From a virus (Duplodnaviria > Caudoviricetes): a stretch of DNA of 63,730 bases. The stretch covers positions 1 to 63,730 of IMG/VR virus record IMGVR_UViG_3300048837_001215; one strand, written 5' to 3'. Position numbers and translations under genes: made by a program. Shown one piece after another: positions 17,753-26,979 of the stretch (positions are counted from its first letter, which is position 1; the number at the start of each line of letters is the position of its first letter). Under the pieces are notes generated by a model that did no database searches, had not been told where the DNA came from, and saw only the letters and a program-made list of their open reading frames with translations.

Positions 17753-20446
17753 TTAAAAAATAAAATATGATCTAAACTCTCTCAGGTCTTGGGTTGTGGT
17801 TTCATGGTTAGGATCAAAAGCCTTTATTTTGGTGAGGATATCAATTACATTTTTATCAACTCCAGGAATCCTCTCGCTTTGTTTCAAATGATTGAAAAAC
17901 CCCCTTCTCTTTTTATTCTCTATTTTTGCTTCAGCAATCTTCTTTGCGGTAGGTTCTCCGGCCCCTTTAATGGAAACGAATGGGACATACAGATTCCCTT
18001 TATTGTCACAATTCCATCTAACCGCCTCGGATCTGCCTATTTTCGGAAGATTGATCTTGAGACCCAGTCTTTTTGCTTCCTGCATATATATAATATTTTT
18101 GGTCTTATCCCCAAGGGTTAGACAAGCAGCCAGGAACTCATTGGGATAGTATGTCTTGCTCCACATATCCCAATAGGTAATCATCGAGTATTCAACAGAG
18201 TGGGAAAGATTGAAACCGTAACCACCAAACTTCGACATCATATCCCAAATCTGATTTGCCTTCTTCCAGTTTATTTCATTGTTTTTACACCCCTGGAGAA
18301 ATTCCTCTTTGTATTTATCAAAGGCGGCATGGCCCATGCTCTTTCCCATTACCTTCCTGATCTTGTTACAGGTGGACATCGGGATTCCAGCCAGTTGATT
18401 GACCACCTTCATTACCTGTTCCTGATAAACAATTACGCCAAAAGTCTCTTCAGTAATCTTGTCAAATATTGGATGGATCTTTTGAATTTTGACTTGTCCT
18501 CTCTTCCGCTTGGCATAAAGTTCGGTCATTCCAGATTGCAATGGTCCTGGCCTCCAGAGGGCGGTCACTGCATAGAGCATAGCAAAGTTATCAACCCCAA
18601 GCTCTTTGCAGTAGTTGGTCAGGCCGGAAGAACCTATCTGAAATGCCCCAACAGTATGACCATCGGAGATTTCCTGGAATACCTTTTTGTCATCAAATGA
18701 AATTGTTTTGTAGTCTATATCAATGTCGTGATTTTGCTTTACCAATCGTCGGCATTCATTGAGGATGGTTAAGGCACTCAATCCAAGAATATCGAGTTTC
18801 ATCAAACCGCAATACTCCGCATTCCGCATATCCCAGTTTGCCACGATGGTATTGGACCGGGTAACAAGATTGCAATTATATCCTTCTCTCAAGTCCTTTT
18901 CGGAAATACAAACCCCTGCAGCATGTTGGCCATACCCCCTAATCTGACCCTCTATTGATTTACATATCTCGACCACTTCTGGATACTTGTGACCAAAGCG
19001 CCGGCATTCTCCAACCTCTTTGAAAGACTTTGAAATCTCCTCCCCATCTTCCCCATCAACCATGGCTTTCGCCGCTACATCGACTTCTTTGAGGGGGATG
19101 TCGAATACTCTGGAAACGTCCCTGAGAACCCCCTTTCCTTTCATTGTCAAGAAGTTTGAAAGGCCAGAAACATTGAACTCCCCATATTTGTCGGACAAAT
19201 ACTTCCGGACCTCTTGCCTTTTGATATCCTCAAAGTCCATATCGATATCTGGGAGATCATTCCGGTCCTCAGATACAAATCGAAAGAACTCCGTACCGTA
19301 TATAAGCGGATCACAGTCAGTAATAAACAGGAGATAAGCAACCAATGATCCACCAACACTTCCCCTGCCAGGGCCGGTCATAATATTGTTCTTCTTACAC
19401 CATTTGATAAGATCCCAAACAATCAGAAAATATCGAACAAACTTCTTGGAGATAATCAGCTTCATCTCCATTTCGATTCTTTCTTTGTATTCTTTCAGAT
19501 CGTCGTATGGAAGTTCTCCGATGCGCCGCTTAAGCCCCCTATAAACCAAGTTTTCAAGAAAGGTCAATTCATCTTCTTCGGTCGGGAAGTTCTTAATGCT
19601 TGGAAGATATACTTCCTGCTTTTCTATTCGGAAGGATTGGCAGATGTTGGCAACGGTCATTGTCCTCCTGATCGCCTTCTTTATTTCGCCATCAGATAAA
19701 CAACCCTGTTCCTGGAATGCTTCAATCATTTCCTGTTCAGATCGAAGGAAAAGGCCATCACAATTAAACTTCCATCTGCTGGAGTCTGACCACTTCTTTT
19801 TGGTTTGAATGGCAAGGAGAACTTCTTGATGCTTTGTGGCTTTGGAAGTAGGATAATGACAGTCATTGGTAGCCACTACTTGGATTCCAAGTCTCTTTGA
19901 AAGAGAAATGGCCAACTTATTCGTTTCGATCTGCTCCAGGATCTTGTGCGGCATTACTTCCAAAAATACTTTGTTACTTCCGAGTTTATCAATATAATCC
20001 CGGAGGAATTTAGTATGAGGTTTGTGATGGATAAAGGAAGCGGAACAGGCGCTCATAATGACCAGACCCTCCAGATATTTCATCAAGGTCTTATGGTCAA
20101 TCCTGGGCCTGTGATAAAACCCATCTATATTGGCGATCGTCAAGAGCTGCAGGAGGTTTCGCCAGCCTGTTTGATTCTCCACCAGCAGGGTCATGTGGTA
20201 GCGAGTTTCTCCCCTTTCTTTAATGGAAAGATCCGGAACCAGATACATCTCTGCCCCAATAATTGGTTCTATCCCTATTTCAAGGCATTGTTTTTGATGT
20301 TCTATTGCGCCATCGACATTCCCATGGTTCGTTAATGCAAGGTGGGTCTGGCCGAGTTCTTTTGCGATTGTGGCATATTGTTTTGAGGTTCCGACCCCAT
20401 CAAGAACGGAATATTCATTGTGGACATGAAGGTGGCAAAAACTCAT
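17753..20446 (-). CDS. dnaE: DNA polymerase III alpha subunit (family C)
   Basis: PHP HLHVHNEYSVLDG; GRGSVGGSLVAY; PDIDMDF; HAAG; KLDILGL; YQEQVM. Confidence 0.95.
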   Translation of the reverse strand: MSFCHLHVHNEYSVLDGVGTSKQYATIAKELGQTHLALTNHGNVDGAIEHQKQCLEIGIEPIIGAEMYLVPDLSIKERGETRYHMTLLVENQTGWRNLLQLLTIANIDGFYHRPRIDHKTLMKYLEGLVIMSACSASFIHHKPHTKFLRDYIDKLGSNKVFLEVMPHKILEQIETNKLAISLSKRLGIQVVATNDCHYPTSKATKHQEVLLAIQTKKKWSDSSRWKFNCDGLFLRSEQEMIEAFQEQGCLSDGEIKKAIRRTMTVANICQSFRIEKQEVYLPSIKNFPTEEDELTFLENLVYRGLKRRIGELPYDDLKEYKERIEMEMKLIISKKFVRYFLIVWDLIKWCKKNNIMTGPGRGSVGGSLVAYLLFITDCDPLIYGTEFFRFVSEDRNDLPDIDMDFEDIKRQEVRKYLSDKYGEFNVSGLSNFLTMKGKGVLRDVSRVFDIPLKEVDVAAKAMVDGEDGEEISKSFKEVGECRRFGHKYPEVVEICKSIEGQIRGYGQHAAGVCISEKDLREGYNCNLVTRSNTIVANWDMRNAEYCGLMKLDILGLSALTILNECRRLVKQNHDIDIDYKTISFDDKKVFQEISDGHTVGAFQIGSSGLTNYCKELGVDNFAMLYAVTALWRPGPLQSGMTELYAKRKRGQVKIQKIHPIFDKITEETFGVIVYQEQVMKVVNQLAGIPMSTCNKIRKVMGKSMGHAAFDKYKEEFLQGCKNNEINWKKANQIWDMMSKFGGYGFNLSHSVEYSMITYWDMWSKTYYPNEFLAACLTLGDKTKNIIYMQEAKRLGLKINLPKIGRSEAVRWNCDNKGNLYVPFVSIKGAGEPTAKKIAEAKIENKKRRGFFNHLKQSERIPGVDKNVIDILTKIKAFDPNHETTTQDLREFRSYFIF

Positions 20447-20964
20447 TTTATAATCCCCAGTTCTATTATTTGATCAGCTATTACTTTGTATTTGGATAAA
20501 CTGTTTAATGCCATACTTTTCAGTATTCTTTCTATTGGCATATTTCCATTAACCCTTCTCACCCTCTTTATTATACCTGGATAATCATATTCAATTAAGT
20601 TGTTTATTGTAGTCCTTCGAAACCTATTTGCTGCCCATTCCATTTCTTGCTTATGATACTGACTTGTTTTCCCAATATCCTTGCTTTCAAGGATCTTTCT
20701 AAATAGCTTGTGGTCGGTATTAACCCATTGCCAGGAAACGGATCTGATCAACTGCCAGCACATGGAACAGAAAACTATATTGATTTTTCCTCCGTCGGAT
20801 ATCCCATGATAATCAAAGGCGATGATTTTTGGCTTTAACCTCAATACCTCAAGAAGATATTTGTCCACTTCCTCTTTGGTATTGAGGATCTGAACCTTTT
20901 CAATATCGCAGGGGAGGTCCTTTTCCGCCTCCCCTGCTAATTGTTCAATCCGGAATAAACTCAC
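20443..20964 (-). CDS. Hypothetical protein, weakly PolA 3'-5' exonuclease-like
   Basis: IIAFDY resembles ExoI but lacks the Glu; start uncertain (GTG 20964). Confidence 0.35.
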   Translation of the reverse strand: MSLFRIEQLAGEAEKDLPCDIEKVQILNTKEEVDKYLLEVLRLKPKIIAFDYHGISDGGKINIVFCSMCWQLIRSVSWQWVNTDHKLFRKILESKDIGKTSQYHKQEMEWAANRFRRTTINNLIEYDYPGIIKRVRRVNGNMPIERILKSMALNSLSKYKVIADQIIELGIIK

Positions 20965-20972
20965 GATCGATC

Positions 20973-21266
20973 TCAGCAGAAGTGATCGTTGACTTGGCCG
21001 GCAGGAAACTCGGGAATCAATTCCTTGGGAGTATCCGGCATCTTCGATCCATTCGTTTTCTGCCACTTCTCCATTTCGTTTGCCCAATCCATTGCCCTAT
21101 TGGCGGTCCTCCAATCCCCTCCATTGAGCTTCAAATGTTTTGCCCAGGCCCGGACGATAGTGGGGGCAATCTTATCCTTGGCACGAAGAAGGAATACGGG
21201 TTCGTCTTCAGCGATCTTGCCGGATGGGTCCTGGATACAGTCGTAGTCGGTTCTGGCATGCTTCAT
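20973..21266 (-). CDS. Hypothetical phage protein
   Basis: DEPVFLLRAKD; AGGAG RBS. Confidence 0.6.
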   Translation of the reverse strand: MKHARTDYDCIQDPSGKIAEDEPVFLLRAKDKIAPTIVRAWAKHLKLNGGDWRTANRAMDWANEMEKWQKTNGSKMPDTPKELIPEFPAGQVNDHFC

Positions 21267-21300
21267 GGTTGATTTCTCCTGTTTAATGGGTTTATTTATT

Positions 21301-22308
21301 CTATTCCAAGGCAATTACATGTTTGAAGTTCTCTGTCTCAAACAATACCAGCTTTTCACCAATAGTGGCTTTCCCGGTGGAGCTGAGAATTTGAGACAGA
21401 TAGTCGGGATGGATGGAGAAGGCCAGTGCTGTCTTGGGGGCCGCTTTTAATCGAATGGTTTCGTTGTACCAGCCATGATCCGACTGGGCCTTGATCTCCA
21501 TCACCCCCTTCTCATTCACTGAAACATGAACCAGCTTCTCCGAGTTGTCGGCTTCCACGAAGATGCCGGCCCTGCTAAGGATATCCAGGGTGGAGCTAGG
21601 GAACTCCAGCTCATACCCATCGGTCTTGAAGTATCCTCCAATGTCAGGGAAATCCCCATCAATGGTCCGGCAGCTGAATACCAAGGAATCCCCAATCTGG
21701 AAGTGAACCCAACTCCCATCGTCGTGATAGGCTTTTACATCTGAATACCCTGATAAGGATTTAGCGGCGACGACCGGGATCAGGACCGGCTTCTTGAACC
21801 ACTGTTTGCTCAACTCCCATCTGGTGGCTCGGTCATTGTCGGTAGACTCCATCCAAGAGTCAAGGCAATGAATGACGGTAAGGATCGGAAAGCTGAAATC
21901 GCTGGAAGCCGAGAAGACGCATGACTTCAGGCCGGCAATGAAGTTCTTGGGAAGGGGGCTAAACTTCTTTGGCATCACGATTTCGTCGATGGGCATGTGG
22001 ATATCCGCCTGGACTACCAATCCCGATTTGGATCGGCCTGACTTGATCCTGAGCTCCCCATTCTCCATGTTCATTTCTACTTCTTCAGCCGACAACTTAT
22101 TGACCAGGGCCAGAAGCTCCTTACTCGGGACGGCACCTTCAATCGGGGATTCCCAGGGGCAGCTGACTGAAATCTCGTCGTTGTAGGTGAAGATCCGGTT
22201 CTTGTGGAATACGAAGCAGTCGGACTGCTCTGTAGTCTCCTTACCGCTTGACAAGCCTGGCTTGACCTTGCCAAGAACTTCCTTGAATTGCGACAGATTG
22301 ATTTTCAT
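21301..22308 (-). CDS. dnaN: DnaN-like beta sliding clamp
   Basis: 335 aa; ESTDNDR, RTIDGDFPD and terminal pattern of beta clamps; near dnaE and dnaX. Confidence 0.7.
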   Translation of the reverse strand: MKINLSQFKEVLGKVKPGLSSGKETTEQSDCFVFHKNRIFTYNDEISVSCPWESPIEGAVPSKELLALVNKLSAEEVEMNMENGELRIKSGRSKSGLVVQADIHMPIDEIVMPKKFSPLPKNFIAGLKSCVFSASSDFSFPILTVIHCLDSWMESTDNDRATRWELSKQWFKKPVLIPVVAAKSLSGYSDVKAYHDDGSWVHFQIGDSLVFSCRTIDGDFPDIGGYFKTDGYELEFPSSTLDILSRAGIFVEADNSEKLVHVSVNEKGVMEIKAQSDHGWYNETIRLKAAPKTALAFSIHPDYLSQILSSTGKATIGEKLVLFETENFKHVIALE

Positions 22309-22478
22309 TTGGTTTTGTTCCTCCTTGTGGTTAGGGCATTAAAGACGATCTGGGTTCCGAACTGATTGAATTTGATATGGTGATAAGAAAGCAAACGCTT
22401 TGGAATTGGGATGGAGATCAGCTGGTTTTTTTCAGTCCCTTCCGTTCCTGGGGCGGTGCTGGCCAGATATATCTTCAT
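22305..22478 (-). CDS. 57-aa micro-ORF resembling the DpdA N-terminal module (not in the ORF track)
   Basis: MKIYLASTAPG...KRLLSYHH; GAGG RBS; stop overlaps the clamp start. Confidence 0.65.
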   Translation of the reverse strand: MKIYLASTAPGTEGTEKNQLISIPIPKRLLSYHHIKFNQFGTQIVFNALTTRRNKTK

Positions 22479-22623
22479 TTACGCCTCGTTTGCAATATAT
22501 GGAAAAGACCTCTTCTTTCTGCTTGGTATGGAAGTAACTGAGAAGCCTATTGCCGGCCTCCATCTTTGTCAAGGTCTGACCCTGGGATGGTTCCAAAACC
22601 CAAGTTGCAAGAAATATTTTCAT
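22432..22623 (-). CDS. 63-aa micro-ORF resembling the DpdA N-terminal module
   Basis: MKIFLATW...NRLLSYFH; ATGA-coupled to the DpdA-like gene. Confidence 0.7.
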   Translation of the reverse strand: MKIFLATWVLEPSQGQTLTKMEAGNRLLSYFHTKQKEEVFSIYCKRGVNEDISGQHRPRNGRD

Positions 22624-24620
22624 AGCCCTTTCAGCCCCACTCTCTTCTTGACCTGAAACTGCCGGGGATATGGCGGAAAGGACTTTTCCAGATCGAGGAA
22701 ATAGATAATATTCATTTCATCCCTGAGCTTGTAATCGTTGCTGATTCCAGGCTCGACAATCTCCTCCACTCCCCTCTTCCCATTCACGGCCTTGCCATCC
22801 CATCGTTCATTCTCTTTGAGCTCGTATTTCTCGGACTCTTTCCGAAACCTGGAGGACCCAAGGGCATATCCTTTTTCGTCCAAGTAATCGAGGATAACCT
22901 GCCTTCTTTTTGGGGATAGTGTGGAGATGTGCTGGTTGGCATCCTTCTTGCTTGGGGAGCGCGTAGATACGGCTATTTTCACCGCTTCCTCATGATATGA
23001 CCATTGCCCCTTGGTCCGCTTGGGAACATAGATAGAGCCCATTCTACCGGTCATAACCCATGAAGTGGAGTCGACCGAATTTCCAGTAACATAGATTTTA
23101 TCTTTACATTTAGTAAAAAAGGCCCCTGATGGAACTCTAACGCACCAAAGTCTTCCAGTATATTTAATAATTTCTTTTTTGATTTGATTAATATAAATAT
23201 GCTTTACCGAGGAGGATAACAATCCACGACTTGGGCTATAATTATTATCAAATACTGAGGTTGGAATCCCTAATAATAAACATATAATTCTAATTATTTC
23301 AAGATTTTCTTTTTTAACCTCCCTTGTTACGGTTAAAGCGAATCCATCTGATCTTTTTAATTTAGTCTTACTGCCATCTGCTAAAACGGAATGTTTTATA
23401 AAATCTTCTGCTTGTTTTTTTGTTATTGAAAATGGTAAATCGATTGGTAATTTCTTTTCTGGAGCATAACTTAATAACCACTTTGCTAAATCCCCATATA
23501 ATTCAAAAGAAATCATATTACCAATAGAAGTAGATTCACAAAAAGGTTCTTTAGCTGTTATCAAAACTTCCCGAATCATTTGACATTTTTCCGGATTGGT
23601 TTTGTTTGATTGATAAATAACTATTGAATCATTTTTATATTTTCTTCTTCTTTTTATAGTTCCGTCGGTCCAAAACCAAGCTAAGGATTTTATTTGAGCA
23701 TCAGTATATGGAGAACTAGTTGGGAAATCGTATTCCCCAACTCTATTAATGCAATCCCCAGCAAGTAAAGAATCAGTAGTTCTCCATTTATATTCTTTAT
23801 CTCTATTATTAATATTTGAGACTAACCATCGGTGATTGTCAGAAACCATCGCTTCAAAGTTTCTATTTGATAGATGGTTGATTTCGACATTATCCACTTC
23901 AAAAATAGGAATTTCTTGTATTTTTTGCCATTCAGTTACTCCATTATTAAATGCCAATATTTCATCACCAACAGATAAATCGGATAATGACATCCAACCT
24001 GCTTTAGTAAGAACGGTATGATCTTCTTCCGTCATACAATACCAAGGGTAGCGAAGCATGAGGGTCAGGCTGGTCAAACCAAAGCCATGAACCTTGATTA
24101 TTGGGAAGCCATTAGAGTCGGTCAGGTGCTCTGCAAAGAGGGTATCCAACCACTTGATGAGATCCCTGGTCGAGATCGGGACCATGCCTCCAAGGGCAAT
24201 GTATTCATATCCGGTATTCAGATATCTGTGGAGCCACTTCAGATCCTCTCCATAGTGGAAGCAAGGGAGAGGATTCAGGCCGGCGCGCTCCATGGTCTTT
24301 TGATTCATCCAGGTTCCTTTCGGGGAGCCAATGACATCCAGATTGGCATACACCTCCAGATTTGACTGGTGCTCCTTGATGAAGGCAATGTACTCTTCGA
24401 TGTCGATTTGAACATTCTGGGTGAAGGCAGAGAATGCCCCTGAGTCGAGAAAGATGTCAATTTTGTTTTTCATATTGGTATTATACCATTTGTATTCAAA
24501 ACCTTTTTCTTCTGAGCAATGAAAGAAGGAATGAAGTTTGCTCCCCTGAACGAATAGGTTTTGAATAGTAGGATTTCGTTCAGGGGAGCAAACCGTAGTT
24601 CCGGCAAGATAAACTTTCAC
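22620..24620 (-). CDS. dpdA: DpdA/TGT-like 7-deazaguanine DNA transglycosylase, intein-containing
   Basis: FLDSGAFS, ALGGMV, VHGFG, YPWY|SVDSTSW; next to que genes; GTG start at 24620 overlaps the VUT stop. Confidence 0.75.
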   Translation of the reverse strand: MKVYLAGTTVCSPERNPTIQNLFVQGSKLHSFFHCSEEKGFEYKWYNTNMKNKIDIFLDSGAFSAFTQNVQIDIEEYIAFIKEHQSNLEVYANLDVIGSPKGTWMNQKTMERAGLNPLPCFHYGEDLKWLHRYLNTGYEYIALGGMVPISTRDLIKWLDTLFAEHLTDSNGFPIIKVHGFGLTSLTLMLRYPWYCMTEEDHTVLTKAGWMSLSDLSVGDEILAFNNGVTEWQKIQEIPIFEVDNVEINHLSNRNFEAMVSDNHRWLVSNINNRDKEYKWRTTDSLLAGDCINRVGEYDFPTSSPYTDAQIKSLAWFWTDGTIKRRRKYKNDSIVIYQSNKTNPEKCQMIREVLITAKEPFCESTSIGNMISFELYGDLAKWLLSYAPEKKLPIDLPFSITKKQAEDFIKHSVLADGSKTKLKRSDGFALTVTREVKKENLEIIRIICLLLGIPTSVFDNNYSPSRGLLSSSVKHIYINQIKKEIIKYTGRLWCVRVPSGAFFTKCKDKIYVTGNSVDSTSWVMTGRMGSIYVPKRTKGQWSYHEEAVKIAVSTRSPSKKDANQHISTLSPKRRQVILDYLDEKGYALGSSRFRKESEKYELKENERWDGKAVNGKRGVEEIVEPGISNDYKLRDEMNIIYFLDLEKSFPPYPRQFQVKKRVGLKGL
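23079..24038 (-). mobile_element. Intein (320 aa) with LAGLIDADG-like endonuclease in the DpdA-like gene
   Basis: Starts CMTEEDHTVLT, ends VTGN before Ser; WFWTDG and LADGS blocks; AT-rich. Confidence 0.9.
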
Positions 24621-25147
24621 TTTCCAACTCCGTAAGAAGGAAAGATGTCGGTATAGTTGTTGTCGGCAGGAACACGATCCTTCAAACCAAGGAAAGGTAG
24701 GACCAATAACCCGGAAAGATACTTGATCAGAGCCTGACCCCAGATCGCCGGCCAAAACCATCCAAATGCCAGGGTAACGAAGATTATAGAATCCAATGGG
24801 CAGGAGAACAGGTTTGAGATGTATATCCTTTTCCTGAATGAAAACTTCAAGTATTTGAAACAGGCCCAGTCGACCAGCTCTGAAACAAAAAAGGCAGTGA
24901 CCGAGGCGATGGCAATTTGCCGGTTGAGGAAGAAGGTGATGACTGTGGCCAGACCCATCCAGATCCAGCAGGCGTAGTCTCCCCATTGGCGTTGAACAAA
25001 ATCTCGGAAGGAGAAGGTCAGACCGACAAAGATAACGCCGGCAGGGAAGGTCAGGCCGGCAAACTTGACGATCCCAAACCACATGACGAAGAAGTTTCCA
25101 AGGAGAATGCTGGATAGATATAATGCCGGCCACAGATACTTTTTCAT
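24617..25147 (-). CDS. VUT/YhhQ-family queuosine-precursor transporter
   Basis: Multi-TM; TFSFRDFVQ, SELVDW, SN...DSIIF. Confidence 0.85.
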   Translation of the reverse strand: MKKYLWPALYLSSILLGNFFVMWFGIVKFAGLTFPAGVIFVGLTFSFRDFVQRQWGDYACWIWMGLATVITFFLNRQIAIASVTAFFVSELVDWACFKYLKFSFRKRIYISNLFSCPLDSIIFVTLAFGWFWPAIWGQALIKYLSGLLVLPFLGLKDRVPADNNYTDIFPSYGVGK

Positions 25148-25180
25148 GAGTTTCCTCTTTTGGTTAAATTGGAAAATGGA

Positions 25181-26059
25181 TTACAACTTGATCATGTTGA
25201 AAAACTCTTCCCGAACCTCCGGCTTCATAAATACTCCCCGGAGGGCTGAAGTTTTGGTATAAGTCCCAAAGGTGGAAACACCCCTGGATTCCATGCACAT
25301 GTGCCGGGCCTTGATGAACACCCCGACTCCCGGGGTTTCCAGGCCGCTGTTGAAGATGGCGTTGGCAATCTGGACCGTCAGTCTCTCCTGTACCTGCAGG
25401 CGCTGGGAGAAGATCCTTGCCAGACGGATGAACTTGGACAGGCCAGCGATCTTCTTGTGCGGGATATAGGCGATGTGGATCTCCCCAAAGAATATGGCCA
25501 GATGGTGCTCGCAATGGGAGAAGAATGGAATAGGATCGACCAGAAGCATCTGGTCATAGTCTTCCGCACCATCTTCGAATGAAGTGAAGACATCTTTCGG
25601 AGATTTGCCGTATCCCTGAGTCCAATGAGTCCAGGCCCGCATCATCCTCTTGGGAGTAGCCAAAAGCCCTTCCCTGCTCGGATCTTCACCGATGAACTCC
25701 AGGAGTCGGATAAAGATGTCTTCGCCAGAAGTATCATTGCCGGAATTGTCAACTTCCCAAGGAAATACGAACCACTGGGAGGAATCAATCTTTTCATACA
25801 AAAAGATGAATGGGGTGAAGGGGAATCTCTCGCGATATTCTGCCCGGGTTCTTCCGGAGTCGATAAGATCATCTACAAAGAAATCTGCTTCTTCCGGATT
25901 CGAAACCACAAAGCCATCGGACATGCCGGCCAGTAAATAAGCAGGAGCGATCCCTCCCCTTGGCACCCCATAGAAGTTTTTGTGAGCTGGCAGGTCATTG
26001 GCTATGTCGGCACACCGCTCCTGAATCTGTTCGTTTGAAAGGACTATCTTTTTTGCCAT
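25181..26059 (-). CDS. folE: Fusion of purine phosphoribosyltransferase-like domain and GTP cyclohydrolase I
   Basis: N-term GVPRGG, VDDLIDSGRT, WFVFPWE; C-term REGL..TP.R, CEHH, GLSK, QERLT, HMCM..RG. Confidence 0.9.
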   Translation of the reverse strand: MAKKIVLSNEQIQERCADIANDLPAHKNFYGVPRGGIAPAYLLAGMSDGFVVSNPEEADFFVDDLIDSGRTRAEYRERFPFTPFIFLYEKIDSSQWFVFPWEVDNSGNDTSGEDIFIRLLEFIGEDPSREGLLATPKRMMRAWTHWTQGYGKSPKDVFTSFEDGAEDYDQMLLVDPIPFFSHCEHHLAIFFGEIHIAYIPHKKIAGLSKFIRLARIFSQRLQVQERLTVQIANAIFNSGLETPGVGVFIKARHMCMESRGVSTFGTYTKTSALRGVFMKPEVREEFFNMIKL

Positions 26060-26265
26060 TTTACTCTCCTGTTGAAAATCCTACGCCAAATGTAAGAACG
26101 CAGAAATGAAAACACCGTATAGATTACAGTGACGCCAAACGCCTTGTTCATGGATATTGAGTATCCAAACATCTGCAGGATGGGAGGGGTGATCAGCCAG
26201 GATACCAGAAATCCAGTGAGGATATTCAATGAGGCTTCTGCCAGCGACTCCCTTCTACTTTGCAT
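26044..26265 (-). CDS. Small two-TM membrane protein
   Basis: MQSRRESLAEA...RSYIWRRIFN. Confidence 0.65.
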   Translation of the reverse strand: MQSRRESLAEASLNILTGFLVSWLITPPILQMFGYSISMNKAFGVTVIYTVFSFLRSYIWRRIFNRRVKWQKR

Positions 26266-26917
26266 ACTCAATCGGATCTTTAATCCCGACCGAAGCAAAG
26301 GCTTCCAGGCGCTCGACGCAAGATCCGCATTTCCCGCACGACAATGGCTGATCTTTATAGCAGGTTCGGGTCAGGTGATAGGGAACCCCGTTTTTCAGGC
26401 CCCAGTCGAGTATGCCTACTTTGTCGGTGTGGAGGAAGGGGGCAAGAATTTCATCCACATTTCCATCAGTACCGGTGGAAATCGCCTTAGTCATCGCTTC
26501 GTAGAACTCTACCCTGCAGTCGGGGTAAATGGCATGATCCCCCTGATGAATCCCGATGGCAATCTTGGATGCGCCTTTTGACCAGGCAAGGCCGGCGCAG
26601 ATAGAAAGAAAAATGATGTTTCTTCCGGGTACCACTGTCTGCGACATGGTCTCGTCCTGATAATGGCCTTCTGGGATTTCCCCTTGGCCTTTCAGGAGAT
26701 TGGATTTGAACCATCTTGTAATATTCGACAGATCAACTGCTCCGTGACTGGGCACCCCATAATATTCAGCCACTTTCTGAGCAGCAATATTTTCCCAATG
26801 GTTATGCTTTGAACCATAGGCGAAGGAAAAACACTCCACATCATAGCCAGAAGCCAGAAGCCATCCAAGAACCGTAGCGGAGTCCATTCCTCCTGACAAA
26901 GCGAGAATAGCTTTCAT
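26255..26917 (-). CDS. queC: 7-cyano-7-deazaguanine synthase
   Basis: SGGMDS, VPGRN, YPDCR, TCY...CGKCGSC. Confidence 0.95.
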   Translation of the reverse strand: MKAILALSGGMDSATVLGWLLASGYDVECFSFAYGSKHNHWENIAAQKVAEYYGVPSHGAVDLSNITRWFKSNLLKGQGEIPEGHYQDETMSQTVVPGRNIIFLSICAGLAWSKGASKIAIGIHQGDHAIYPDCRVEFYEAMTKAISTGTDGNVDEILAPFLHTDKVGILDWGLKNGVPYHLTRTCYKDQPLSCGKCGSCVERLEAFASVGIKDPIEYAK

Positions 26918-26928
26918 ACAGATCCTCC

Positions 26929-26958
26929 AAAAAGGGGATGGAAACCTCCATCCCCTTT
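26929..26958 (-). terminator. Intrinsic terminator
   Basis: AAAGGGGATGGA-GGTT-TCCATCCCCTTTTT. Confidence 0.75.
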
Positions 26959-26979
26959 CAATATATAGTTTGTCTGGAA

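Noticed and set aside
24621-25133. N-terminal 171 aa of the 837-aa ORF
   Set aside because: It overlaps the VUT gene in another frame; the GTG at 24620 coupled to the VUT stop is the more plausible start.
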